Counted from the first letter of the stretch, positions 1 through 17,705 are shown. The stretch is DNA of 64,000 bases from Octopus vulgaris (GCA_951406725.2 OX597814.1:68138001-68202000); one strand, 5' to 3'. Notes: generated by a model not told the origin, from the sequence alone. Translations and numbers: made by a program.

Positions 1-165
1 CCCTTGTGGATAATAAAGAAATAGGCATTTCGTCAGCCACTACGTTCTGAGTTCGGGGTCGATGAAATAAGTACCAGCTGCCCCCTTCCCCAAATTTTTT
101 CAAGACCTTGCGCCTAGATTAGAAATAATTATTATAATGATTGTTGATGCTAATTATTATTGTTA

Positions 166-318
166 AGGCAGCGAGCTGACAGAAACGTTAGCACGCCGGG
201 CAATATGCTTAGCCTTTCATGCTTTCGGCGTCGATTAATTAAGTACCAGCTGCGTACTGAGGGTCGATATAATCGACTTGTCCTCTCCCCCCAAATTTCA
301 AACCTTGTGCCACTAGTA
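166..318 (+). mobile_element. tRNA-derived SINE fragment
   Basis: Head aggcagcgagctgacagaaacgttagcacgccggg and body gcctttcat...gtcgattaattaagtaccag; related copies at 1-125, ~1220-1330, ~12310-12740, 23935-24137, ~40200-40340. Confidence 0.6.
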
Positions 319-319
319 G

Positions 320-857
320 CATCTTAGATCCTCTCATTATTTTTCTTGTTTTCCTGTCTATTTTGGTTAGTTCATTTTGTGTCCAGTTAAGGATATTGTA
401 GCTGTAACTTATAACTGGGACGGCTAAAGTGTTAATACCTATTATCTTGATTTTAGCATTAAGCTCTGTTTTTAATATTGATCTAACTCGTCTATAGTAT
501 TCTTTCTTTATTTTCTCTTTCATTTGTGTGTGTTGTATCATATCTAGTTCATAGATTCCTAAATATTTGTATGTCTGGCTTTGGTCTCATTCTCTTAATC
601 CAAATTTCATATCTATATCTTTGGTAAATCCATGTACTCTCTGTAGTAGTATTTCCAGCTGTTTATCATTTGTAGCGTATAGTTTTATGTCATCCATATA
701 TAAAAGGTGGCTGATTGTTTTGCCGTAACATTTGTGTCCGCATCCAATTCTATTTAGCATGTCAGATAGAGGTGTCAGTGCCAAGCAGAAAAGGAGTGGA
801 GAGAGCCTGTCTCCCTGGAATATTCCTCTTCTAATGAGGATGGCTTTTGTTTGGAGC

Positions 858-920
<63 letters not shown>

Positions 921-1140
921 CATTATTATTATCGCGATTGGGGCTATCGTGCAGTATGTCATAATATTACAATTAACGTTTTTAAAGTTAACTCTGTAAT
1001 AACATACACTAAAAATCTGCAGAGGTGCAACCATCAAACCCAATTGTTCCTCTGTCCCCTGTACCGATACGAATTTTTCCATACCATCCCAGTGGTCGGT
1101 ACCGTCCACTTTGAGATGCACTGCTTTTGTGAGTCAATAT
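320..1140 (-). mobile_element. R4/Dong-like non-LTR retrotransposon RT fragment, degenerate, interrupted by (ATT)n at ~857-930
   Basis: Translations ...SPLLFCLALTPLS...ISHLLYMDDIKLY...MKFGL and KEKIKKEYYRRVRSILKTELNAK..IIGINTLAVPVISYS, typical of R4/Dong RT and post-RT region. Confidence 0.8.
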
Positions 1141-1399
1141 AGTTTTGGTGTACGGTGTGTGAATGATGAATATCTCATTCAGTTTGATATTTTTTTCAGA
1201 TCTACTAATTTACCTCCTTGGATTATTACTCTTTTTTATCGACCTTGAAAGGATGAAAAGCGAGTGTGATCTTGGAGCGATTTTAATTCAGAGGAAAGAG
1301 AGTCGGAACGAATACCACGAGGAATCTGTTGGAGATCAAATGATTCCACCAATTCACCCCCTACGGGACTTTGGATACAGTCCAACTGCGCAGAAATTG

Positions 1400-1491
1400 A
1401 TCAAGTATCTTCTGTTATAGGCACGGGTTGATCAGTGCTTTTTGAGTGAATATAGTATAAGGTAAACGGAAACGGTGCAGAAGCCCATCAA

Positions 1492-1561
<70 letters not shown>

Positions 1562-2952
1562 CACAAGAACTCAGCTTTGTCACACAACATGAACATTAAC
1601 ATACTGATAGCAGACCTAGTTAGAATAATGAACAAGGTGTCCCCACTATGCGAACACTGTGAAATGAAGAAACATATACAGAACTTCGTACACCGCATGC
1701 AGTTCTCTGGATTTGATCAGAAAGATAGGGTTCGTGTATTCAGGGGGGCTAGAAAGAAATTAGATAACATTATACGTAATGATACCAGTTCATGGATTCC
1801 TAAATATTTGTATGTCTGACTTTGGTCTCATTCTCTTAATCCAAATTTAGTATAAGGTATAGATATAGAAACAAAGAATGGAATAGAATACAAAGAGCTT
1901 GTGACAAAGCAAACAGGGCGAACACGTGGTATAAAACCGACAAATATCAAGGAGTGATGTTTGTAGAGGCCATAGCCCATGGGGAACTAGCCTGTAGATT
2001 TAGAAAAGCACCGAACTCAACATTAGAATTGTTGAAAAGCCAGGGAACTCCATCAGATCACAACTATGTAGGACGTACCCGTTTAAGAATACCAAGATAA
2101 CTGCATGGTATGTAGAATTAGCCCTGGTATTAACTGTAGAACTCGAAATGTAATTTACAGCATAAGATGCATTGAAGGTGCTTGTAAGGACATGAACATG
2201 ATGTACATAGGGGAGAATTCTAGGAGCATTGCGGAACGGATAAATGAACATCTAAGACAATATGACGACGGAGAACAGTCATCCATACTCTACCAGCATG
2301 CCAAAGACCACCATGGAGGTAACTTGGGTCAACTTGACATCCACATCTTATCCAAGCACCCAAAAGACCCAACACTCAGACAAATACGGGAGTACGTCCT
2401 TATAAATGAAAGTTCCCCAATATTAAATAGGAAATATACACAATAAATACCATAACTCCATACCCACAGTTTACACAGGTAGAGTAGAATAGTTAGTGGA
2501 TTGTTATGTAGATAAATGCATGTATATATGTATGTATGTATGTGGGTGTGTGTCTGTATGCCTTTTTTTTAATCATCATCATTATTTTTTTGTTATATTT
2601 TCTTAATTTTTTACTTCTTATTTTTTATAATTTTTTATTTTTTTATTTCTGTATGTAAGCATTTAGATATGTAAATAAACAGATCAACATACAGATGAAT
2701 AGGTACATAGGTTACAATAACAGACACGTATGGAGACATGGAGCCACACATATAAAGATGCACATCCATAAGTACAAACATGGTACATAGTTACATAACA
2801 CACACACACACACACACAGATATGCACACACAAGGAGACAGAGGTGCATACATATACAAACACATGCTCACACACACATACATAGAAAATACACAAGCAC
2901 AGACAGGCAAGCACATGAATATGCAGGATACGTACATACAGATGCACACACA

Positions 2953-2983
<31 letters not shown>

Positions 2984-3325
2984 GCATGCACACACATATA
3001 TACATACATACACATGCAAACACACACATACATACGTACATGTATGCATGTATAGGCACACACACACACACTGACCCACACACATGCGCACAAACAAACA
3101 AAAGGGAACGCAGTGTAAATAACGGACAGAGTCAAGACTATTGAAAAGGTTGTAAGACGCAACGAAAATTTTAGGAAAAATAAAAAGACAAAATAAGTGG
3201 AAATTTTACCGGTGAGTGTGTTAAATAATAAGGCACTAAAAGAGAATAACTCTCCCCAGACACAACAGAATATGCTTCAACGCACGAACTCATATAAAGA
3301 ATCTTGCAAACCAAATCCAAAAACG

Positions 3326-3330
<5 letters not shown>
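1400..3330 (+). mobile_element. Penelope-like element 3' part (RT thumb, GIY-YIG, 3' UTR/pLTR), degenerate; clade uncertain
   Basis: ORFs 1475-1819 (...ILIADLVRIMNKVS...HRMQFSGF) and 2105-2446 (NCRTRNVIYSIRC...YIGENSRSIAERINEHL...HAKDHH...RQIRE); ends at (TA)n. Confidence 0.8.
3138..3174 (+). ncRNA. Candidate minimal hammerhead ribozyme, U3-A8 core variant
   Basis: cta-TTGAAAA-g-GTTGT aagac GCAAC-GAAA-att-t-tag in the PLE 3' region; helix I only 3 bp. Confidence 0.4.
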
Positions 3331-3370
<40 letters not shown>

Positions 3371-3373
<3 letters not shown>

Positions 3374-4814
3374 CGGGAAGCTTTATGAAAATAGACAAAA
3401 GACGAAGGCAGGTTTACGGAAATAAACAAAAGACGAAGGCAGGTGGAATACAAACAAACAATTGTATTAGTATGGCGCTCAGGAAATATAAATAAAACAA
3501 GTCTTTAACGTTTCGAGCCTACGCTCTTCAACAGAAAGATACACAGAGAAAAAACACAGAAAGAAGGAGAGAAAAAAAATGCGTGCAGAGGCTAGCGAAT
3601 CAACATGGCGATCTGATTTCGGCCAGAAGTCAAAGATCAAACGTGAGACGCAAGAGCGAAATTAGGGGAGATAATAGGGTTAAATGACCTCGCTCCAACA
3701 TAAGTGTGTGTGTGTGTATGAGAAGAGTGTGTATGTGTGTATGAGAGAGTATTAGTGCGTATGAGAGGTCTGGACGTGTGTATGTATATATGATGTGATG
3801 TGTAAAGTCGTATGGTGTAGTGTAGAGAGAGGAGATGAGGGAAGAGGGGGGTAAGGGGGAGAGAGGGGATGGGAAGGGGGAGGGGGAGAAAGAAAGGGGG
3901 GAAGAGGAGGGGGAAGGGGGAGAAGGAAGGAGAGGAGAAGAGGAGGGGAGAGAAGGGGAGAGGGAAGGAGAGGAGAAGAGGAGGGGAGGGGAGGATGGAG
4001 GATAGAAGGAGAGTGAGAGAGAGAGAGAGAAGAGGAGTGAGGGAGCAGAGAGAAAGAGGGAAGGGGAAGAGGGAAGAAGGAGGGAGGGAGAAAGAGGGAA
4101 GAAGGGAAGAGGAGTAGGGGTGAAAGGATGAAGAACTGAAGAGAAGTAGGGGTCGGGGGGAGGTTAGATGAGGAGGGGGAGAGGGGGTTAGATGAGGAGG
4201 GGGGAGAGTTGAGACCAAATGGCGTATAAGAGCGAAGAGAGAAGATTAATTCCTGTTCACGGCGCAAACGGGAATCCGGATGGCCTCTGTGTAAGGACAA
4301 ACCGAACACAGACAGGTGTTGCAAGGAGTGACCGGTGGAGCGGAAATGGCGTGAGACCGGTGTGTCGTTCGCAAGGCGGATGTCACGAAGGTGTTCCACG
4401 AACCGGTCAGCCAAGCGGCGTCCCGTTTGTCCGATGTACAGGGAATGGCAGAGAGAGCAAGAGACGCAATAGATAATATTGCTGGAGGTGCAGGTGAAGG
4501 AGCTGATGATGAGATAGGGTCGATGATAGGTGCCAGTGAGGAGGGTGGTGTTGGAGAGGTAAGGGCAAGTGCGGCAACGTGGGCGGGAGCAGGGTAACGA
4601 GCCAGGTTCGGAGGTAGGGTCAGGGAAGGAGCTATGGACCAAAAGGTCTGGAAGGTTATGGGCTCGTTTGAAAGAGGGGAGGGGTCGGTTAGGGAAGAGG
4701 TGTGAAGTGGACGGGTCGGACTGGAGATGACGGAAAGCTCGAAGAATGGTGCGTTGGAGAGGTAGGGTCGTGGGGTGGTAAGTGAGGGGAAAAGGGAGGC
4801 GGGAGACTACAGGG

Positions 4815-4816
<2 letters not shown>
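3371..4816 (-). mobile_element. 5'-truncated Penelope-like element (Neptune-like GIY-YIG plus 3' UTR/pLTR) inserted in (TA)n
   Basis: Frame in 3752-4969: PCSRPRCRTCPY...FTCTSSNIIYCVSCSLCHSLYIGQTGRRLADRFVEHL...VSRHF...RLRREQELIFSLRSYTPFGLN; (TA)n on both sides. Confidence 0.9.
3502..3539 (-). ncRNA. Candidate minimal hammerhead ribozyme (A6>U core variant)
   Basis: Minus strand TCTTT-CTGTTGA-a-GAGC gtag GCTC-GAAA-CG-TT-AAAGA; helix I 5 bp, helix II 4 bp, loop-less palindromic helix III (ACGU). Confidence 0.6.
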
Positions 4817-4851
<35 letters not shown>

Positions 4852-5372
4852 TATGTGAGCACAGGACGTCACGAAACCTGTACAACAAAAAATACGAAGT
4901 ACGAGGTACATGTAATATGAACTGACAATTAAGGGGGTCGCCCACTAGCAGACCATTGTCAGCTAACATATAGTTTTAAGTTTTCATTCACCAAACCTCA
5001 TGCGATTGCTTCAAATAAATCTTGATTTTTATGACTATACCAACTATGATGTCTATCTGCTCCCTCGGCCCTACCCCTAACAGATACTGCCCTCTGTTTT
5101 CTCAGACTCAGATATACAAGAGATTTGATAAACTAGTCTATAAATTAAAATTGACCCCATAAAAACAAAAACATAAAAAATCAGTGACAGGCAGAGTCTG
5201 TAACAACGTATATCTTCATGAAAACTTAGAACTTCTATGTTGGAGTGAGTCAGCATGTTCTTTGTCTATCTCCTTGAAGATTTTAGGCATAATTATACTA
5301 ATGTGTCGATCTGTTCGAATTGAATTAAATTCTATGTCTTTGTGCAGCTGAAGATTGCTCTGCATTTTAAAT

Positions 5373-5415
<43 letters not shown>

Positions 5416-5416
<1 letters not shown>

Positions 5417-6214
5417 TAGCAGCATAGCCCGGTGTTGCCCGGGTATGTAAGAGCCCCTAGTAGGCAACGACTAATCCCAATCTAGTCCTTTCCCTCTAGG
5501 GAACGGAGGCGCATGTGTAGGTTGCAATGTCTTCTCTTCACTCCCAAATAACTATCAAACAGCTATCGATAATTCAACCCAACCAATTCCTACCAGGAAG
5601 AAATTACATTCGAGACTTTACCCCCAACACCGCCACTTCTGCTAATAGCTGCTGCAGCCGCAAGTTATTCGAATCCTCTTTTTGTTTACACTTTCTACCC
5701 CCCCAAACGTTTTACCTTATATTTTTGACGTACCCTAAGGGTCCTCGGACGCTACTTGCAAACTCTTGGTTTATTATAAACCGCTTTTGTCGTGTGCACC
5801 AAAAAACCTTTTTCATTCGTTTGTTCAGTTTGGTCACTTTTGACTTTTTCGTTGTTGTCACTCACATTGCTGCCCGCTTTTTTGCCGTTTTTGTACATTG
5901 TTATACATTTTGGGATACTTACCCCACGTGTTCCGAGAGTTAAAAAGGTCGAGTTGCGTCCCCTAGACAGTCTGTAGAAAATGTGTTGCATATAAAAAGC
6001 TTAGATTCTCGACCCGTGTCGAATTTATCGATTTTTTTTCAGAACTGGGGAAACTTTTCAAAATTTTCGCTGCGTTAGATTTGAATTATGACATTGGGCT
6101 ATGTGTGTGTCAAGTTTCATCAGAATCGGTTGAAAGCCGTGGTCAGAGTGAGGGTACAACCTGACAGACACACAGACACACAGACAAACAAACTGCCGTT
6201 TATATATAGAGAGA
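5416..6214 (-). mobile_element. Non-autonomous Helitron-like element
   Basis: Minus strand starts A|TCTCTCTATATATAAACGGCAG and ends CCCGGGCAACACCGGG hairpin ...CTAG|T. Confidence 0.75.
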
Positions 6215-6455
6215 TATACACATACATACATATATATATACATAGACGCAGGTGATTGTGTGCTAAGAAGATTGCTTCCCAGCCACAAGGTTCCGGGTTC
6301 AGTGTCTTGTATTATATTCTAGGACCGACCAAAGCCTTGTCAGATGGAAACTGAAAGAAGCCCGTCTTATATACATATATGCGTGCATGTGTATGTGCAT
6401 GTTTGTGCGTGTGTGATTGAAGCAAGCAAAAGAATAAAAGAAAAGAATATATATA

Positions 6456-6679
6456 CAGTAATCTCTTTCCATATCGCGATTTACCTATCGTGGTTTATTA
6501 TTTTAGCTTACGACGATACCGTCGTGTTGTTGTTTTGCATTTCTAATAAAATAAATTTACACACATTATAAAAGTAATAAAAGAATACACTGTACAGTAC
6601 TGTTTCTATTTCGCTGATTTTCACCTATCGCGGAGGGTTTTGGAATGTAACACCCGCCGCGATAGTTGAGGGATTGCTG
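6456..6679. mobile_element. Tigger/pogo-type MITE
   Basis: Imperfect TIRs CAGTAATCTCT..TATCGCG / CGCGATA..GAGGGATTGCTG flanked by TA. Confidence 0.6.
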
Positions 6680-6711
<32 letters not shown>

Positions 6712-6804
6712 TGTATGTATGTATGTATGTATGTATGTATGTATGTATGTTTGTATGTATGTATGTATGCATGCATGTATGTATGTATGCATGTATGTAT
6801 GTAA

Positions 6805-8065
6805 CGTATTTTGCGGTTTATTAGACGCATTTTTTCCATGAAATATCTCGAAAAGCCACCCTGCGTTCTATAAACTGAATGTCAGTGACAAGAGCTATAA
6901 GTTTGGGGTGTGGGGTGAGCTATGGCTCTCCCAGTTACGTCCAGTGCCGAACCGTTGAAACTAAAACAACTCCAGTGTTTCAAAGTTACAGTAAATTAAT
7001 AACGTTTTGAGACAAGGCTGGGATATTGGGATATTGGTAAAAAAACGAAATTCCTCCTAAATAATAAATTCCCCGTCTTATTTCTTAAACTTCCGAAGTC
7101 ACAACACATTTATGGTAGGCACTTTAAAATAATCCTACTCCATATAACACTATCGTTAACACATGCTGATTGTTTTCTCTTTATTACCAGGTACCGGTAA
7201 TCATATTTACCGTATGTTATGATACTTAGAGTCAAATATTGCCAAGCAAATACAGTAGCACAACAGCTAAAGCAGCCATTTTTATTTATACCGATAGTCG
7301 CTGACAAAAGCGCATCAGTATGCACTCTGAGACCTTCACTATATACAGTTGCGTATACAGCAAATCAGCGACCAGTGACTGTTCCAGCTGCTCAAACTGA
7401 GAGATCACTGGGGTAGAGTAGTCCTGTACCGTTTGTTTATAACTGGCAATGAAATATTTTCATAATCCAGGATCAATGTGAAACGAACTGTAATAGGTTT
7501 GTTTCCACCATATTGAGGTACCATAAATTTTTACATTTTCGGATACAGTACCCACTTTTTTATGATGGCTGGGAAGAAGAGACATACATACACACCATAC
7601 TTTTTAAATTTATGGTAGTTGATTATGTCAAAATACATGGTAAAAGGCCTGCATAGAGGGAGTTTGGGTCGCCACCAACTGTGAAGATGATTAAAGCGTG
7701 ACGTCAACAAGAAGACAGACTGAGGACTGCACAGAAGAAAAAAGCATAATCTTCGTCACAAACCAGCAACACTGGAAGATGAAATTAAGTACTGGGTAAT
7801 AAATGAAAAGAATTGTGGTCGTACTGTATCTAAATCAACTATAATGAATGAGGCCAGAACTTGGGCAAAACAAAATGAGATTGAAAATTTACTTGGCACT
7901 GTAGGTTGGTGTTACCGGTTTATGAAACAGTGGATTGTGAATGAGGACCCACACTAGGATTGCCAAGAGAATGCCTGATGAATATGAAGACAAAGATGAT
8001 AGAAGTTCATACAGAATTGATGCCAGAAACAAACCGCGTATGAGCTCAACCAAATTAGAAACAAA
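6805..8065 (+). mobile_element. pogo-family DNA transposon 5' relic (Brinker-like DBD plus CENP-B HTH)
   Basis: Broken translation from ~7565: MAGKKRHTY..FKFMVVDYVKIHGKRPA*REFG..VKMIK...LEDEIKYWV...TVSKSTIMNEARTWAK...GTVGWCYRFMK; TIR-like cgtattttgcgg at ~6805. Confidence 0.65.
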
Positions 8066-8311
8066 CTGGTAATATAAGTGACTATTTAAACATCAAGTAA
8101 CGGAAAAAATCATTATATAGCGATTCTGTCGTGTCGTTCCGATGGCACAAAATTACCTCCAATTTTGATCTATGTATGTATGTATATACGTATATGTGTT
8201 TATGTGGGTATGAGCATCTACGTGTTTGCGTTTGTCTCTCACCGCTTCGCATACAGTGGTGTTTAGCAAAGCAACCAATAAGAACTATATACTATACCAC
8301 TGCGCCCATAG

Positions 8312-12060
<3,749 letters not shown>

Positions 12061-12132
12061 TATACCAGTAATTACTGTTAATTTATAATTATATTCCTAC
12101 CAATTTATTATGAAACAAATATATTTGTGAAG

Positions 12133-12249
<117 letters not shown>

Positions 12250-13494
12250 AACTACTACTATTACAGCTGCTGTTGTTTTTGTTGTTGCTACTATTACTAA
12301 GGCTGTGACCTTGTGCTAAAATTTGAAACTAAGGCTTGGAACTGGCAGAATCATTGGAATGTTGGGAAGAATACTCTGCAATATTTGATCCGGTTCCTTT
12401 CTTTACTTTACCTTTCATCCTATCAGGGTTGGTAAATAAAGCACTATCAAGTAGAAGGATCGACAAAGAACCACGCTACAAAATTGCTGGTCTCGTATTT
12501 AAATCGAAACCATTGTTTTAAAAACGGTGAACTGGAAGAAATAGTAGATCGCCGTGAACAATATCTTGTGGTATTTCTTCCGACTCTTTTCCTACTGAGT
12601 TCAAATTCTGCCGTGTTCATATTTGTCTTTCATCCCTCTGGAACTGATAAAATAAAGTACCTGTCTAGTACGAAGTTAGATGATATTGATTAACTCCATA
12701 TCTTCAATAACTGGTCGCTTTGTGCCTAAATTGGAAATCATTATTGCAGTTGCTGCGATTGCTGTTGTTGTTGTTGTTGCTGTTGCTGCTGCTGCTGCTG
12801 TTGTTGTTGTTAGTGTTGTTGTTGTTGTTGTTATTGTTGTTGTTGTTGGTGGTGGTGGTATGCTGCTGCTGCTGCTATTTCTGCTCTCCTTGTTAAACTA
12901 AGCACTGTTGTGTGTCTTCTATGAAGAAAACGCTAGACATAAAACGTTTTGCTGAACGACTAAAGCCTGACAGTATTTTCCCACCAGATAGGTGCCAATT
13001 TCCAATAATCTAGCATAGCATTGCATGAGAGGAAGAAAGTAAGATTTTTGTGCGTTATCTAAAATCATGAAGGCTGCTGGTTTTAAGGCTGCACTGCGCA
13101 CAGCACTCATTTCCAGGAAGTAACCGAATGTCTCAAAAACTCCGTATTTCAGTCTCAACAAGCGGAGGCAAAGAGAGTAATCCCAAAGAGTAGCAACAGG
13201 AACAACAGTATCAGAAACTACAATATCAGGAAGACCCCTAAAATTGAGAGCCTTTTACAAAGCTAACGAGAACTTAATGGTCACCCATATGAAATATGTT
13301 ACTATTTTCTCAGACAAAAAAGATAGGATCGTATTCAAGCAATATAAAAAGGACAGAATATTAATACAAATTTTCAGGCAGGCGTTGTTATGAGTCAATG
13401 AGCCATAGGATGTTGTATTTCATTTGCCCACTATATTCCAAACGATCTTCGCAAGGATTTTGCTATCTCCAGTTATGAATAATTACACCTAATT

Positions 13495-13575
13495 TCTAAA
13501 TGGCTGATACATTTAAAAGGAGAAAGAATGTTACACCAAATCAAGCGTTAATATTTTTCATACCTTAAATAACTA

Positions 13576-13642
<67 letters not shown>

Positions 13643-13767
13643 GTATATGCGTGTGTGTGTGTGTAGATAGATAGATAGATAGATAGATACACCGGGTATG
13701 TATGATTGTGTATAAAAGAATATATTACTCAAAGACATTCCAACTTTGACTTTCACGTTCTATTTAC
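13495..13767 (+). repeat. Local direct duplication, copy 2 (of 8312-8657)
   Basis: Direct sequence match. Confidence 0.9.
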
Positions 13768-13780
13768 TTTCACGTTTTAT

Positions 13781-13829
<49 letters not shown>

Positions 13830-13831
13830 GA

Positions 13832-14389
13832 ATGCCCTGATGCAGTACCAGGCAGTGGCCCTCGTGGCTGCTGATTTTAACTGATTGGAAGTGTTATCAT
13901 GTACATTGTTTTGTCTTGGTATAAAAGATGGGCTACAGCAAATATTCTGCTCAATACCACAGATTTGCTTGTCAGTTGTTTGACCGTAACCAGTTGACTA
14001 TGTCCCTTAGTGGCTGATGATATGTGCATCTCTGATCACGAGCAGAAGTAGTGGGGGAGCATCATAGCCATGTGTTGAGCGGGATCCTTTGGGGTTTGAA
14101 TAATTCACCTCTTGAAACATGGGTGTTTCTTTCAACATCCTTAAATAACCTTTATTCAGGGATCTTTTGAGCGGAATGGGCTACTCGACCAGACGAAAAT
14201 TCTAACTGGGCCCCACCTGCAAGGTCATGCGCTGTTTATCTTGATATAAAATCACCATGTCGCGCACATATGGTTGTGATGCATGTGCCTGGTGTACACT
14301 TATCAGACGGGTAGTCATGATGGGTATACTGGGCTTTGTATATTTTACCCCAGTGTCACTTTGATAGCATGCACCGCTCTCTCACTCAA

Positions 14390-14390
<1 letters not shown>
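13832..14390. mobile_element. ~560-bp non-coding dispersed repeat associated with (TAA)n-type tracts, copy 1
   Basis: Same two termini (atgccctgatgcag...ctcactcaat) as the copy at 16320-16878; scattered substitutions between copies. Confidence 0.75.
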
Positions 14391-14454
<64 letters not shown>

Positions 14455-14455
14455 A

Positions 14456-14873
14456 GTCATGCAGCTATGAGAACAGGAAGTCGGACATAGTCTTAATCGA
14501 GAAAGTAAACAAACTATGCTGGATCATAGATATAGAATGCCCAGCTGAAAAAAAGGTTTGCGATAAGGAAGAAAGAAAAGTTGAGAGATATGACATGTTA
14601 ACTTGTTAAGTTAAGCAGTCGTGGTCGCTGAAAAAGGCAGCAGTAGTACCAATAATTTCGGAGCCCTGGGAACAGTAAGCAAAACTTTCGAGAAGTACGT
14701 GGAACAAATAGTGACTGCTATAAGGGTGGAGCACTTGCAGAAAACAGCACTGCTTGAAACCGCTCGAATACTCCGGAAGGTGCTCGAAAAATAAAAGGTG
14801 TTACCTTAGTTCACTGGTTGTGAACAGCTGACGCGGTAGTACATCTCCAGCGCTAGAAGCTGTGCAAAGGCAA

Positions 14874-14876
<3 letters not shown>
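14456..14876 (+). mobile_element. R4/Dong 3' end (restriction-like endonuclease domain plus 3' UTR) abutting (TAA)n
   Basis: ENRKSDIVLIEK..KLCWIIDIECP...DKEERKVERYD then ...VVPII..GALG...LQKTALLETARILRKVL; followed directly by (AAT)n, the known Dong target. Confidence 0.8.
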
Positions 14877-14951
<75 letters not shown>

Positions 14952-14954
<3 letters not shown>

Positions 14955-15952
14955 CCCATAATTTTAGGTGATCTAAATTATTTAATTTCTTTATATATTT
15001 TTCTAATATTATTTTACTTAGTTTCCCTAGGTCCGACTTACATGGGAAAATTAGTCGGCTTTAAGGTCTGTCTAGAAATTATCCTTATGGTCTTTTAGGG
15101 TTATCCTTGGGTGCAACGGCACATAAGGTTCTGTTTTTTTTATCCAGTTCGTAATTGGTCATTATTTCTTTATATATTTTATTTATTTTCTCTAAAATAT
15201 TATTTTGAACTATTTTATATTTTTTATTGATTTCTAAGCTATCATATGTGCCTATGTCTAATTTATATAAATTTCTACTTTTATCAGATTGTACGAAAAT
15301 TCCTTCTTTATTTCTCAGTTCTTTTATTTTAATTGCTACGTTTTTAAGATATTTATTATGCCTATTCTGGTATTTATAAAATTCTATATTTTTTACTATT
15401 TCCCAAATTTTATCTTTCAAATTTTGCAATTCTTTATTATACGGTGGTTCTTTTCTAGATTTTATTATATTACTAATAATTTTAGTACTCTCTGTTTTAT
15501 TTGTGTCTAAAGTGTTATCATTATTATAGTAATGTGCTTTCCATTTAGGTCTATTTATGAAATATCTTATATTGTTAATTAATTTAATCTCATATTCTTT
15601 TTTTTTGTGGAATCGGTATGTCTTTCAATGATGAATTCCACTCAAGGGGTACTATCATTCCCGTGTATGCCATACTTAATTGTTAGTTCAAAACTAGCCA
15701 ATTAAAATTAAGTTATTATATAATTATATTATATTTTTATAAGGGAATATCAATTCCGGCGTCACAGGAATGAGTTATTCAAGTTAAGAATATTAAGTTG
15801 AATTATTCTCAGTAAATAATACATATATATCAAAGTATCTAATGATATTCATTATGCCTTATTTTCTCTAGGGGGACAACAATGGGCAACAGTATTCGAG
15901 GTGGGACCTAGCGAATGTGGGGAGAAGAGTAGTATGGTTTTATGGACCCGCG

Positions 15953-16025
<73 letters not shown>

Positions 16026-16069
16026 TGTGTGTGTGTATGTATATACATGTATATATATATATATACATG

Positions 16070-16107
<38 letters not shown>

Positions 16108-16286
16108 CATACATACATACATACATACATACATACATACATACATACATGCATACATATGTATACACATACAGTCGCATACATGTATTCTTTTACTCCT
16201 TTAATGGTTTCACTTGTAGGAATGAGGTTATGCTGGATCATCGCCTTAGTTTATTTTCTTTCAGTTTTGTTGTCGCTTCATGGCTG
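14952..16286 (-). repeat. Inverted duplication of 17390-18704 (PLE 5' part plus upstream flank)
   Basis: Reverse-complement identity; ORF 15085-15429 matches the C-terminal part of 18017-18571. Confidence 0.95.
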
Positions 16287-16319
16287 TTTATTTTCTTTCA
16301 GTTTTGTTGTCGCTTCATG

Positions 16320-16878
16320 ATGCCCTGATGCAGTACCAGGCAGTGGCTCTCATGGCTTCTGATCTTAACTGATTGGAAGTGTTATCATGTACATTGTTTT
16401 GTCTTGGTATAAAAGATGGGCTACAGCAAATATTCTGCTCAATACCACAGATTTGCTTGTCAGTTGTTTGACCTTAACCAGTTGAGCATGTCCCTTAGTG
16501 GCTGACGATATGTGCATCTCTGATCATGAGCAGAAGTAGTGGGGGAGCATCATAGCCATGTGTTGAGAAGGATTCTTTGGGGTTTGAATAATTCACCTCT
16601 GGAAACATGGGTGTTTCGTTCAACGTCCTTAAACAACCCTTATTCAGGGACCTTTTGAGCGGGATGGGTTACTCGATCTGAAGAAAATTCTAACTGGGCT
16701 CCACCTGCAAGGTCATGTGCTGTTTATCTTGATATGAGATCACCATGTCGCGCACATATGGTTGTGATGCATGTGCCTGGTGTACCCTTATCAGACGGGT
16801 AGTCATGATGGGTATACTGGGCTTCGTATATTTTACCCCAGTGTCACTTTGTTGGCATGCTCTGCTCGCTCACTCAAT
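16320..16878. mobile_element. ~560-bp non-coding dispersed repeat, copy 2
   Basis: Matches 13832-14390; followed by (AAT)n. Confidence 0.75.
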
Positions 16879-17646
16879 AATAATAATAATAATAATAATG
16901 ATGATACAATGCAAACGTTACACATCGTTTCGTATTCGATAAGACGTTTGATAAGCATCCGACCTTGAAAGTTGTATGTTGAGTTTTATTACCTACAATT
17001 AAGAAGGTCAGTAATAGCCTACTTAGATCGCTCTCAACTGGTTCTTGTGTGTTCTGGTTACATAATTACAAAGTGAATTATGAAGCAAAACTTATTTCTA
17101 TGGGTGGTAAATCCTTATTTTGTGTTCTATGTTGCTTATTACTTCTAGAGATATCAAACAAATTGTTACAATTTCTTTTTCAAGGATCAAAAGCAAAACA
17201 CTTTTCCAGCACATATCAAAAATTCTATTAATTTGGTGACTTTTAAGAAATTTACGGCTGTACATCAGAAATATAAAAGGGGTATCTACCCCCAAAATTT
17301 GGATAAACTTCTAAGGACAATGCCGGACCAGTCAACCAGGATGCACTGAGGGAAGAGCAGCTGCTATAAATTCAATACTAAATGACCTCCAGCCATGAAG
17401 CGACAACAAAACTGAAAGAAAATAAACTAAGGCGATGATCCAGCATAACCTCATTCCTACAAGTGAAACCATTAAAGGAGTAAAAGAATACATGTATGCG
17501 ACTGTATGTGTATACATATGTATGCATGTATGTATGTATGTATGTATGTATGTATGTATGTATGTATGTATGTATATATATATATATATATATATATACA
17601 TACATGTATATATATATATATACATGTATATACATACACACACACA

Positions 17647-17705
<59 letters not shown>

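Noticed and set aside
12919-13490. Non-repetitive-looking segment with short ORFs
   Set aside because: No recognisable domain or splice structure
13832-13915. HDV-like ribozyme at the left end of the 560-bp repeat (gcc-ctcgt-ggc)
   Set aside because: Could not build P1.1 or P4, and the P3-like hairpin is not preserved in the second copy
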